Shown one piece after another: positions 29,632 through 38,936 of a stretch of 64,000 nucleotides of DNA. Numbering within the stretch: the stretch's first letter is position 1; every line of letters begins with the position of its first letter. Under the pieces are notes generated by a model. The model was not told the origin of the DNA. It saw only the letters and a list, made by a program, of their open reading frames with translations, and ran no database searches. A program made the position numbers and the translations under genes. This DNA comes from an uncultured cyanobacterium (lineage in GTDB: Bacteria > Cyanobacteriota > Cyanobacteriia > Cyanobacteriales > CAWCAG01), in assembly GCA_963803805.1 (NCBI GenBank), contig CAWDOD010000002.1, positions 1,280,001 through 1,344,000 of the forward strand, given 5' to 3'.

Positions 29632-30785
29632 ACATCCTTTTCTTGACAACAATTCTCTTAAGTAAAAATAGAAATGGCGGTGAAGTTGCTTCCCAATGTT
29701 TTATTGATAGTTTGAGAGAAGGAGGACATGAAGTTAAAGTAGTTGGTTATCTTCGTAAAGGAGATATCTTTGAACATAATTCTCAAAATACTATTGTTGT
29801 TGAGGAACGTTACACAGAAACTAGCAAAAATAAAGTTTATCCTCTAATTTGGTTTATCTTGAGTATTTTACTCAATTTACCTTATTCTGCTGCTAAGTAT
29901 TATTCAAGTAAATATAAGCAGATTGTCAAACAACTTCTAGCTACTGATAAATACGACTTAGTAATTATCGACCATTCTCAACTCAGTTGGCTAAAAAATG
30001 TAGTTAATTCTCAAACTAAGTTGATCTTTGTTGCTCACAATATTGAACACGAAAACTATCAAGAAAATTCTCGCAATGCTAGTAACTTAGTTGCTAAGTC
30101 GGTTTATCAAAGAGAGGCTACTTTGATGGCGAAACAAGAAAACAAATTAGCAATGAAAGCAGAGCAAGTTTGGACATTAACTCATTATGATGCTAAATAC
30201 TTTGCTAAATTCAAAAGTACCAATCAAGTTAAGGTATTTTCTCTTCCCCCTAGTAAGGGTAAATTACCAAACAAACCCCCTAAAAAACAATGTGATATAG
30301 GTCTTTTAGCCAGTTGGTCATGGCAAGCTAATCGAGAAGCTTTACAATGGTTTCTAGACAAAGTTTATCCTCTTCTACCTACGGACTTTTCCATTCAAGT
30401 TGCGGGCAAAGGTGCAGAATGGTTAAAAGAAAAATATCCTCAAATCAACTATTTAGGAGTAGTGCCAGATGCCCAAGAATTTATGGCCCAAGCTAAGGTA
30501 TTTGCAATTCCTACCCTTAGTGGTGGTGGTATCCAAATCAAAACATTAGATGCCCTTGCTTCCGGTTCAGCTATTGTTGCTACTCCGGTGGCTTTAAGGG
30601 GGATTGAAAAATTGCCAGCAACAGTCAAGGTAGCTCAAAATCCTGAAGAATTTGCCCATTGTCTCAAAACAGTAGTTACTTCTCCAACTTCAAACCAAGA
30701 TTTTGCTAAATCTCGACATTGGTATCATCAAAGACAGGAGCAGTTTGATACAGAATTAATGACAGCAATCAATGAAGCGGAGTGA
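29628..30785 (+). CDS. Glycosyltransferase family 4
   Basis: HNIE, N..AL.WF, GGGIQIKTLDAL. Confidence 0.8.
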   Translation: MNILFLTTILLSKNRNGGEVASQCFIDSLREGGHEVKVVGYLRKGDIFEHNSQNTIVVEERYTETSKNKVYPLIWFILSILLNLPYSAAKYYSSKYKQIVKQLLATDKYDLVIIDHSQLSWLKNVVNSQTKLIFVAHNIEHENYQENSRNASNLVAKSVYQREATLMAKQENKLAMKAEQVWTLTHYDAKYFAKFKSTNQVKVFSLPPSKGKLPNKPPKKQCDIGLLASWSWQANREALQWFLDKVYPLLPTDFSIQVAGKGAEWLKEKYPQINYLGVVPDAQEFMAQAKVFAIPTLSGGGIQIKTLDALASGSAIVATPVALRGIEKLPATVKVAQNPEEFAHCLKTVVTSPTSNQDFAKSRHWYHQRQEQFDTELMTAINEAE

Positions 30786-30933
30786 TTATTGACTAAATGC
30801 TATTTTAACGAGGCGATTTAGATTGGTGGATTTGCGATTAGCAATAGTTGCACATCCTGTTAATATGTATGTTAAATTTACACAAGCTTATTACTTAACT
30901 AAATCTCCAACCTAATCAAAGGGGCAAGAAGGC

Positions 30934-31545
30934 ATGAATAAAGCTAAAGTATTCGGTATTGGCTTCCACAAAACAGGAACTAGTAGCTTATCTAATGCAC
31001 TAACTAAATTAGGCTATCGTGTTCGCACTTGTGGACCCTTTGTAGAAGACTTTGAAAGTAGAAACAGCGTTTGTGAGGCGGCCTTTGCTGAGGTTGAAAA
31101 ATATGACGCATTTCAAGACAATCCTTGGCCCATTATCTATAAAGAATTAGACCAAAAATATCCTGGCAGCAAATTTATACTCACTACAAGACCAACAGAT
31201 AAATGGCTTAAAAGTGCTGTGAGATATTTCGGCTCTAAAGATACCCCAATGAGAAAGTGGATTTATGGAGTTGGTCATCCTGAAGGACATGAAGAGGTTT
31301 ATGTTGAGCGTTATGAACGCCACTACCGAGAAGTGAAAGAGTATTTTCAAAATAGACCTGAAGACCTTTTAATAATCAGTTTAACGGAAGGGGAAGGTTG
31401 GGAAAAACTTTGTTCTTTTCTTGATAAGGAAATACCTGATTTTGCTTTTCCTCACACTAATAAGCAGGAAAATAAATATCAATCAAAAATAACTAAGCTA
31501 AAACAGAAGATTGTCAGAAAGTTACGTTCTATTAGCGCAAATTAA
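30934..31545 (+). CDS. Sulfotransferase-family protein (short type)
   Basis: KVFGIGFHKTGTSSL, YPGSKFILTTR, GWEKLCSFL..FPHTN. Confidence 0.8.
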   Translation: MNKAKVFGIGFHKTGTSSLSNALTKLGYRVRTCGPFVEDFESRNSVCEAAFAEVEKYDAFQDNPWPIIYKELDQKYPGSKFILTTRPTDKWLKSAVRYFGSKDTPMRKWIYGVGHPEGHEEVYVERYERHYREVKEYFQNRPEDLLIISLTEGEGWEKLCSFLDKEIPDFAFPHTNKQENKYQSKITKLKQKIVRKLRSISAN

Positions 31546-31588
31546 GTAAATCAAAATAGGTATTTTGTTAAATAACAGAGGTGCTTTA

Positions 31589-32335
31589 ATGAGGGTCAAT
31601 ATATGTGGGGTGAGTATTGACCAATACTCTTTTAATGAAGTAGTAGAAATTATTGTTCAACAGTCCCTTAATGGTAAAAAACCAGAATATGTTGTTACTC
31701 CTAACGCTCAACATTTGGTGACACTACAAAAGGATGCTGAGTTTCGGGAAATATATCGCCATGCTTTTTTGGTTGTACCTGATGGTGTCCCTTTGCTTTG
31801 GGCAGCAAATTTTTTGCAAACCCCATTAAAAGGTCGTGTTAACGGAACAGATCTCTTTGAGAGTTTGTGTGCCGTTGCTTCGGAGAAGGACTTAAAAGTA
31901 TTTCTATTAGGAGGTCGTCCTGGGGCAGCAGAAGAGGCAGCAAAGCTCTTGAAAACTCGACACCCTAGGTTAAACGTTGCAGGTACTTACTGCCCACCCT
32001 ACGGCTTTGAAAACGATGCTGTTGAGTTAAGCAAGATTAACCAAATAATTAAGGACGCTGCACCACAACTCCTTTTTGTTGGTTTAGGCGCACCGAAACA
32101 AGAAAAATGGATTTACGCTCATTATCAAGAACTAAAAGTACCTGTTTCCCTTGGTATTGGTGTCAGTTTTGAGTTAGTTGCAGGAACAGTAAAAAGAGCG
32201 CCTAAGTGGATGCAAAAGACAGGATTAGAGTGGTTTTTCCGCTTATTAGTAGAACCAGGCCGCCTTTGGAAGCGTTATGTTTTTGGTAATACTCTTTTCC
32301 TTTGGTTAGTTTTGAAGCAACGTTTTTCTCTCTAG
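31589..32335 (+). CDS. WecB/TagA/CpsF glycosyltransferase (GT26)
   Basis: VTPN, VPDG, RVNGTD, GLGAPKQE, GLEWFFRL..EP.RLWKRY. Confidence 0.92.
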   Translation: MRVNICGVSIDQYSFNEVVEIIVQQSLNGKKPEYVVTPNAQHLVTLQKDAEFREIYRHAFLVVPDGVPLLWAANFLQTPLKGRVNGTDLFESLCAVASEKDLKVFLLGGRPGAAEEAAKLLKTRHPRLNVAGTYCPPYGFENDAVELSKINQIIKDAAPQLLFVGLGAPKQEKWIYAHYQELKVPVSLGIGVSFELVAGTVKRAPKWMQKTGLEWFFRLLVEPGRLWKRYVFGNTLFLWLVLKQRFSL

Positions 32336-32528
32336 AAAAACTGAATTTGTAACTTGGAAAAAATTACTTTTAGAAAAGAAAATATCTTTTTATACTGTTT
32401 GATTTTTCTTTCAAAAATGACTAAAAGAATTCACTGAATCTTTATAAAAAGAGCCTCAGTCTTCATCCCGTTTTCATATGAATCACCAGATAATGTTACT
32501 AACAACTTCCTGATCTGCTCTAATCATT

Positions 32529-33251
32529 ATGAAACGCCAACTCTTAATCAGCTTAATCGCTACTGCTGCTACAACTGCGACCCTTAGTACATTCTCTGCC
32601 AACGCTTTTGCTGGGAGCCTTGTTCCCCAAAAAGAAGGAGAAATTAATGTTGGTCTTGGTTGCATAGATACAGACCCTGATAAGTGCATTGACCCTAGTT
32701 CTATACCATTTATTGAAAGCATTGAATCTATTACTGACAGCAGCACAGATGCTAGAAGTCGCCTCTTTGTAGATGATTTTAGTACTGCCAATACTTATGG
32801 TAGTGGTACAAATGCTATTCAATTTCAAATAAGAGATGCTGGAACTAACCCTAATAAGTTTTGGTTCCGTCCTTCGGAACACAATGAAGAAAACGGTCAA
32901 CTCGAAGTAGGAACCTTTAAGTTTACCTTTACCCAGGCGCTAGCAGATTTGACTATAGATTTCTTTGATACAGAGTCAAAAAATACTACCGGGGTTATCG
33001 CTATTAACGGTGTTGAGTTGAATAGCCCGGAGTGGATAGAAAAAGGCAATGATGGCAATATTGTCAGTCAAACTTTCTTTGACATTACTTCTATAACACT
33101 CAAATTGGGTCACGATAATAATAGAGGTACAGGAGATGGAGTAGATTTCAATGTCAGTAGTGTAGATGTACCTGAACCTGCTGCATTGTTGAGTCTTCTC
33201 GCTGTTGGTTTGGTTGGGGCAGCTTCTAGGAGTAAGAAAGAAAATAATTAA
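32529..33251 (+). CDS. PEP-CTERM sorting-signal protein (LEVG-type)
   Basis: Signal peptide, ENGQLEVG motif, C-terminal VPEP + TM + basic tail. Confidence 0.85.
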   Translation: MKRQLLISLIATAATTATLSTFSANAFAGSLVPQKEGEINVGLGCIDTDPDKCIDPSSIPFIESIESITDSSTDARSRLFVDDFSTANTYGSGTNAIQFQIRDAGTNPNKFWFRPSEHNEENGQLEVGTFKFTFTQALADLTIDFFDTESKNTTGVIAINGVELNSPEWIEKGNDGNIVSQTFFDITSITLKLGHDNNRGTGDGVDFNVSSVDVPEPAALLSLLAVGLVGAASRSKKENN

Positions 33252-33288
33252 TTCTTGTCGATTATTTCTGGGATGAATAATTGACAAT

Positions 33289-33334
33289 GAAAGAGGTTGA
33301 GTTAATTTGGTTCGACTCAACCTCTTTCCTTTTT
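33289..33334. terminator. Terminator between convergent PEP-CTERM gene and dps
   Basis: GAAAGAGGTTGAGT/ACTCAACCTCTTTC 14-bp stem followed by T tract. Confidence 0.75.
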
Positions 33335-33367
33335 GGAGCAAAAATCTCTAACTATTGATGAGAATTA

Positions 33368-33856
33368 TTACTTGAGAATACTCCGTAGCATCCAAGCATT
33401 TTTCTCGTGAGTTCGCATCCTTTCTGTAAGTAAGTCTGCTGTTGATTCATCGTTAGCGCCTTCAGCCGCAGGAAAAGCCGAACGAGCAGTACGAACTACA
33501 GCTTCGTTAGCTTCTACTAAAAGGCGTACCATTTCTTCAGCTTCGGGAACGCCGCGAGTTTCTTTGATAGAAGCTAATTCCATATATTCGCTATAGCTTG
33601 CAGGGGCAGGGTAGCCCAAAGTACGAATACGTTCAGCGATGTCATCCACGGCTAGAGCAAGTTCAGTATACTCTTCTTCAAATAAAGTGTGTAGAGATTG
33701 GAACATTGGCCCAGTGACGTTCCAGTGGAAGTTATGGGTTTTAAGATATAAAGTGTAGCTATCAGCTAAGAGGCTAGAAAGTCCTGCTACAATCTCTTTG
33801 CGATTTTCTTCGCTGATACCAATATTAACTGGGGCTGTCGAACCTACAGTTGCCAT
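33368..33856 (-). CDS. dps: DNA-protecting ferritin-like protein Dps
   Basis: LYLKTHNFHWNVTGP.F..LH, DDIAERIR, HEKNAWML. Confidence 0.95.
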   Translation of the reverse strand: MATVGSTAPVNIGISEENRKEIVAGLSSLLADSYTLYLKTHNFHWNVTGPMFQSLHTLFEEEYTELALAVDDIAERIRTLGYPAPASYSEYMELASIKETRGVPEAEEMVRLLVEANEAVVRTARSAFPAAEGANDESTADLLTERMRTHEKNAWMLRSILK

Positions 33857-33898
33857 AATTTGTCTCCTTGGGTAATTTAATTAACAACTAGACTGCTT

Positions 33899-34162
33899 TT
33901 AAGCCAAATGCCTTTGTAAAACCGAACGAGGTGCGCGGCGTACTCTGCATTTAATGGTTTCTTTGCCTAGACGTTGATGGGCTTCATAACGGTGACAACC
34001 GGAAAAGCCATAGTATTGACCATCTACTTCTAACACGTCTATGGGTTCTCGCAAACCTTCTTTAGCAATTGATTCCATCAGTGCCGCTACTTTATTTTGA
34101 TCGTTTTGGCGGGGTAGAGGACGGCGAATCTGATTTAAAGGAATTTCTTGAATAGCAACCAT
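33899..34162 (-). CDS. srxA: Sulfiredoxin
   Basis: YYGFSGCHRYEA signature. Confidence 0.92.
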   Translation of the reverse strand: MVAIQEIPLNQIRRPLPRQNDQNKVAALMESIAKEGLREPIDVLEVDGQYYGFSGCHRYEAHQRLGKETIKCRVRRAPRSVLQRHLA

Positions 34163-34202
34163 CCTGAATTTTGTTTCCTCCGTTTATTCTCCCTTAGTTA
34201 AA

Positions 34203-34217
34203 TCATACTCGTTATGA
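34203..34217. promoter_or_regulatory. Putative PerR/Fur-type 7-1-7 operator upstream of srxA-dps
   Basis: TCATACT-C-GTTATGA ~40 bp upstream of srxA; resembles TTATAATnATTATAA. Confidence 0.45.
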
Positions 34218-34873
34218 GTTTAAGCTGCAAGCTTTTTTACTTTCCAGTGGTAAATGGCTTTTATGACGTTAAGCTGATTTGATTTTGGAAAGCTTTGGGA
34301 TGAATCATGCCTCTTACTTAAGCAAATAATTTCGATGGTATTTTTATCTTTTTTAATAAATAATTTCATGTAACAAAAAATACCACCTGTATAGCTGTAG
34401 CTAATGAAGTATAGGTTATAAATAATACTTAAAAATAGAATTTTGAAATTTTCTATGAAGAAGAGATATTAATACATTAAAGAATCATTAAAGTCATTTA
34501 CTTAGTATATACTTAGGCATTATTCATGATGTATAGTATTTAAGTCTCAAGAGACAGCCTTGGTTTCTCTCTGAATATAACCAAACATTCATTTTCTACC
34601 ATCAAAGATTTATTGGCTATGAATAAAGCTACATCTTCCTTTTTAACAAGGTCAAGTATTGCCTCATTACCTTTACCTATATTAGCTTCAGCCCAAGCTC
34701 TCCTCACTAAATTTTGGACTAAAGCCAGTTTCCTCATTGGTGTTTCAGCTTTGATGAATACATCTTCAGTTCAAGATTTAAAGCTATTTGGATGTTCAAG
34801 ATAAGTAGTATTACTTCTTTGTTTGATTCCCTTGATCACTCAATGGATATTGTGAATTAGGAGCTTATTTGTT

Positions 34874-35047
34874 GTGAAAATTTCTCTCTTTTTAATTCTA
34901 ATTTTTGTACTAGGTTTTATGGGCCTGTGTAGCGTACCATCATCAGGGGAAATTTGCTCTCCTAGTAACGGAGGAGGAGCCGGTGTAGGGCAAGGTTCTC
35001 ACTCCCAAGGCAACGAAAATATCACCCAGAAGTGTGAAGACTCTTAG
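34874..35047 (+). CDS. Candidate small secreted Cys/Gly-rich peptide (57 aa; not in ORF track)
   Basis: AGGAG 10 nt upstream of GTG; MKISLFLILIFVLGFMGLCSVPSSGEICSPSNGGGAGVGQGSHSQGNENITQKCEDS. Confidence 0.45.
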   Translation: MKISLFLILIFVLGFMGLCSVPSSGEICSPSNGGGAGVGQGSHSQGNENITQKCEDS

Positions 35048-35230
35048 TAAGAGATGGATGCTAAATATGATGTTGATACCAACAAGAAAGATGGTGGTGA
35101 CAACAACTATGACTTTAGAGGTATATACTAAATTATCAATTACTTTGTTTAGTTGCTATAGATAGATGTAAAAATACGACAATAATCTTTATGCTCCTGG
35201 AAGTAAAACTATTTAACAAAGGAGGATTCT

Positions 35231-35749
35231 ATTTTATTTAACGGTTGGGATAGCATAATTCATACTCTCTGTGTAGGTACTCTTGCTTATGTTTTTATAA
35301 TTATTCTGCTTCGTATTTCTGGAAAGCGAACTTTAGCAAAATGGAATGCTTTTGATTTTGTGGTGACAGTAGCATTCGGTTCTATTTTAGCAAGTATGTT
35401 GTTGTCAAAAAGTACTTCCTTAGTTCAAGGAACTCTAGGATTCGCTCTTTTAGTAGTGCTTCAATTTCTAATTAGCTGGCTTTCTGTTCATTCTGATAAA
35501 TTCCAAGCAGCTATTAAATCAACACCAAGTTTATTGCTTTATCAAGGACAGTTTCAAGAGCATAGTTTACGGAAAGAAAGAGTTACTCAAGGAGAAGTTA
35601 AGGCAGCGATTCGTACTAAAGGTATTGGTGCTATAGAGGATGTAGAAGCTGTGGTTTTGGAAACAGATGGTAGTTTTAGTGTGATTCAAAAGCTCAATGG
35701 TAAATCGGCATCAGCCCTTGTTGATGTGAAAGGATTTCCTCAGAGTTAA
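35231..35749 (+). CDS. DUF421/YetF-family membrane protein, apparent ATT start
   Basis: Frame open 43 codons upstream of the track GTG (ILFNGWDSII..LLRISGKRTLAKWNAFDF); AAGGAGG SD 5 nt before ATT; C-terminal VVLETDGSFSVI. Confidence 0.75.
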   Translation: MLFNGWDSIIHTLCVGTLAYVFIIILLRISGKRTLAKWNAFDFVVTVAFGSILASMLLSKSTSLVQGTLGFALLVVLQFLISWLSVHSDKFQAAIKSTPSLLLYQGQFQEHSLRKERVTQGEVKAAIRTKGIGAIEDVEAVVLETDGSFSVIQKLNGKSASALVDVKGFPQS

Positions 35750-35887
35750 TGGGAGTTAAGCAGATGCTCTATTTTTTGTAAAATGTTTCTTATAATTCAT
35801 TTACAAGACCTTCAATAAAGCCTTATAAATATCCTTTGATTTGTTCACGCGTTTGCGAACTGATAGCATTCATAGTTACTTCAAAGT

Positions 35888-37267
35888 TTATAAAATTACT
35901 TTTAAAAGAGATTTAGCAAGATGATAAACAACTGGTACAGAAACAGCATTACCAAGCTGCTTTTTAGCTATAGTTTCTTCTTTGTCCAAAATAAACCAAT
36001 CAGGAAAGCCTTGTAGCCTAGCATAATCTCTTGCAGATAAAGGTCTAAACTTTCGGGGCTTATAGATTTTTTTGATGAAGTCTCTTTTATATATTTCTGG
36101 CTTTTGGCATTTAAGAGATTTTGTGGCTACAAAATCTCTAGTTCCGGTAGCTGTTAAAGTTGCCATCACTTCTGAGTGAGGTAAATAAATTTTGGCAATA
36201 CCATTAATACCTGTAGAAATTTTAGAATTGACAAACTCATAACCTTTAGGGTGAATATAGCGAAGAATTTTTTTAGCTATTAAACTATCAAGTTCTTTTA
36301 AAGTTAAGTTAGGAATCAGTTCTTGCAATACCAATAAACTTAAAGGATTACCATCTTTCTCTCCATATTTCTTCTTACGTCTATTTTTAAGGATTGTCTG
36401 ACAAATAAACTTTTCTTGGGCAGTAGTTTCAATTAAATCCCAGGAATGAATAGTTGTATGCCCATCTCGGATATCGGCAAATGTGAAAAAGTCATTTAGT
36501 TCATCATCTTTTTGGAATCTACCCCGAGAAGCAGGTTTTGTTTCCCCGAATAGTTCTTGAGGAGAAAATTTCTTTTTGTTAATCTGACTAGCTTTGATAC
36601 CTTCAATGAATTGATGAAGCTTAGGTTTCTTGCCTAAAGGTAAAGGGAACTCAAAACAATTACCCTTATGAGTATCTTTTCTAATACCAACTATAAATAC
36701 TCTTTCTCTATCTTGGGATAAGCCAAAATCATAGGAATTGATTAAACGCCACTGTATTTGATATCCCAACTCTCGAAGACTTGTTAAAATAAGAGCAAAA
36801 CTTTCCTGATGTCTTGGTTCGGTTAAACCTTTAACATTTTCCCAAATAAAACCCTTGGGTTGATTATTTTCAACTATTCTAATCACATCAAACCATAGTT
36901 TACCTCTGGGATCTGCAAAGCCTTTGATTTTCCCAGCAATAGACCAAGGTTGGCAAGGAACTCCACCTACTAATAAATCGATATTAGCAAAGGGCAATTT
37001 TCCTAGTTTAGTAATATCTCCCAGGTTCATTTCATGGGCATTAAGATAACTGCCGAAATTCTGGTGGTAAACAGCAACAGATTTGGGGTTAATTTCTGAA
37101 TAACCTAAACATTTACCACCTAACTCTTCTAAAGGAATTCTAAAGCCACCAATACCAGCAAACAAATCGACAAAAGTGAAAGAATAACTATTCCTAATCT
37201 CTATATTTAACGGCTTAGCTAAATTAAACAATTCTAGCTGCTGAACTTGCTGTTTTTCTACAGACAT
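35888..37267 (-). CDS. dcm: C5-cytosine DNA methyltransferase, no adjacent REase
   Basis: DLFAGIGG, GGVPCQPWS, ENVKG, Q.RERVF, RLQGFP, QLGNAV. Confidence 0.93.
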   Translation of the reverse strand: MSVEKQQVQQLELFNLAKPLNIEIRNSYSFTFVDLFAGIGGFRIPLEELGGKCLGYSEINPKSVAVYHQNFGSYLNAHEMNLGDITKLGKLPFANIDLLVGGVPCQPWSIAGKIKGFADPRGKLWFDVIRIVENNQPKGFIWENVKGLTEPRHQESFALILTSLRELGYQIQWRLINSYDFGLSQDRERVFIVGIRKDTHKGNCFEFPLPLGKKPKLHQFIEGIKASQINKKKFSPQELFGETKPASRGRFQKDDELNDFFTFADIRDGHTTIHSWDLIETTAQEKFICQTILKNRRKKKYGEKDGNPLSLLVLQELIPNLTLKELDSLIAKKILRYIHPKGYEFVNSKISTGINGIAKIYLPHSEVMATLTATGTRDFVATKSLKCQKPEIYKRDFIKKIYKPRKFRPLSARDYARLQGFPDWFILDKEETIAKKQLGNAVSVPVVYHLAKSLLKVIL

Positions 37268-37406
37268 AATCAAAATATAATCACTTTCTCTTTCTATATC
37301 AATCAACAACCAGCAACTAGCAATTAGCAATAATGTCCATTTCAACATAAAGAGTGGCCATGTTTTATGCTAATCGTTGATTTGGTCATTTATCGGTGAA
37401 ATAGAT

Positions 37407-38798
37407 ATGGTGGATCTTACTCCTAACCCTAGCTTCAGTTTAAGTATTCGCGTCAGTATTCCTAATCAGGCTGGCAGTTTGGCGCGAGTTATCCAAGCGA
37501 TTGCCTCTTGTGGGGGAAATTTAGGACAGATTTCTTTGATAGAACAAACTCGCAAGGTTTCCCAGCGAGAAATCACGGTAGATGCTTCAAGTACTGAACA
37601 CGCCGAGAAAATTGTTGAGGCAGTACAAGCTGTACCAAACACCAAGGTGTTGAAGATTTCTGATCGCACTTTTGATCTCCACCGTGGTGGCAAAATCCAC
37701 ATCCAAAGTAGTTTGCCCCTCAAAGCACAGTCTGACTTGGCGATGGCTTATACTCCTGGGGTGGGGCGCATTTGTAAGGCGATCGCCAAAGATCCTGAAG
37801 AGGTTTATTCTTTAACCATTAAAAGCAATACCGTAGCCATTGTTACTGATGGCAGTGCCGTATTAGGATTAGGTAATCTTGGACCAGAAGGGGCTTTACC
37901 TGTAATGGAAGGTAAGGCGATGCTTTTTAAAGAATTTGCTGGTATTGATGCTTTTCCTCTCTGTTTAGCTACCCAAGAGACTGATGCTATTGTCGAAACT
38001 GTCAAAAACTTAGCCCCGGTATTTGGAGGAGTTAATTTAGAAGATATTAGCGCCCCTCGATGCTTTGAAATTGAAAAACGCTTGCGGCAAGAATTAGATA
38101 TTCCCGTTTTCCATGATGATCAACACGGCACAGCAATTGTGGTTTTAGCGGCACTCTACAACGCCCTGAAACTGGTTAAGAAGCCCTTAGAAGAAGTGAG
38201 AATTGTTATAAATGGGGCTGGGGCTGCTGGGGTTGCCATCGCTTCTTTATTACGCAAAGCGGGGGCCAAAACTATTTGGCTATGCGACTCTAAGGGTTTG
38301 ATTTCTACCAGTCGTAATGATCTCAATCCTCAAAAACAAGCATTTGCCGTCGAAGCTAGCGGAACCTTAGTGGGGGCATTAAAAGGTGCAGATATTTTCT
38401 TAGGAGTAAGCGCCCCTGGAGTCTTGACCCCAGAAATGGTAGAGTCTATGGCGAAAGATGCCATTGTTATGGCTATGGCTAACCCCATTCCCGAAATTCA
38501 GCCAGAATTAGTAGATAATAAGGTTGCTGTCATTGCCACCGGGCGTAGCGACTACGCTAACCAAATTAATAATGTTCTCGCCTTTCCTGGGGTTTTCCGA
38601 GGTGCATTAGACTGTCGGGCGGCTGCCTTAACCACCAATATGTATCTAGAAGCTGCTAATGCGATCGCTTCTTTAGTTTCTCCCACAGATTTAGACAGAG
38701 AACATATAATCCCTTCTGTCTTCGACGAAAGAGTAGCCACCGCCGTGGCTGCCGCCGTTCAAAGGGCAGCAAGACAAGATGGTGTAGCAAAGAAGTAA
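37407..38798 (+). CDS. Malic enzyme with N-terminal ACT domain
   Basis: AYTPGVG, TDGSAVLGLG, FHDDQHGTA, NGAGAAG, NQINN. Confidence 0.93.
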   Translation: MVDLTPNPSFSLSIRVSIPNQAGSLARVIQAIASCGGNLGQISLIEQTRKVSQREITVDASSTEHAEKIVEAVQAVPNTKVLKISDRTFDLHRGGKIHIQSSLPLKAQSDLAMAYTPGVGRICKAIAKDPEEVYSLTIKSNTVAIVTDGSAVLGLGNLGPEGALPVMEGKAMLFKEFAGIDAFPLCLATQETDAIVETVKNLAPVFGGVNLEDISAPRCFEIEKRLRQELDIPVFHDDQHGTAIVVLAALYNALKLVKKPLEEVRIVINGAGAAGVAIASLLRKAGAKTIWLCDSKGLISTSRNDLNPQKQAFAVEASGTLVGALKGADIFLGVSAPGVLTPEMVESMAKDAIVMAMANPIPEIQPELVDNKVAVIATGRSDYANQINNVLAFPGVFRGALDCRAAALTTNMYLEAANAIASLVSPTDLDREHIIPSVFDERVATAVAAAVQRAARQDGVAKK

Positions 38799-38799
38799 G

Positions 38800-38932
38800 T
38801 TGCTAATGGCTAATGGCTAATTGCTAATTGCTAATTGCTAGTTGCTAGTTGCCAACTTATAACTAATACTGAATAGCAACGGCAAGCCATACACTGATCA
38901 TTGATCATTGATCATTGATAACTGATAACTGA
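38800..38932. repeat. STRR heptamer arrays flanking a GCAACGGCAAGCC motif
   Basis: ~8 x T(T/G)GCTA(A/G) then ~6 x A(C/T)TGAT(C/A). Confidence 0.85.
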
Positions 38933-38936
38933 AAAA

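Noticed and set aside
34370-34383. NtcA-like GTA-N8-TAC site
   Set aside because: No properly spaced -10 element on either strand; chance match likely in very AT-rich DNA
34540-34804. Short ORFs 34540..34737(-) and 34613..34804(+)
   Set aside because: No recognisable family; may be a decayed gene fragment but cannot be supported
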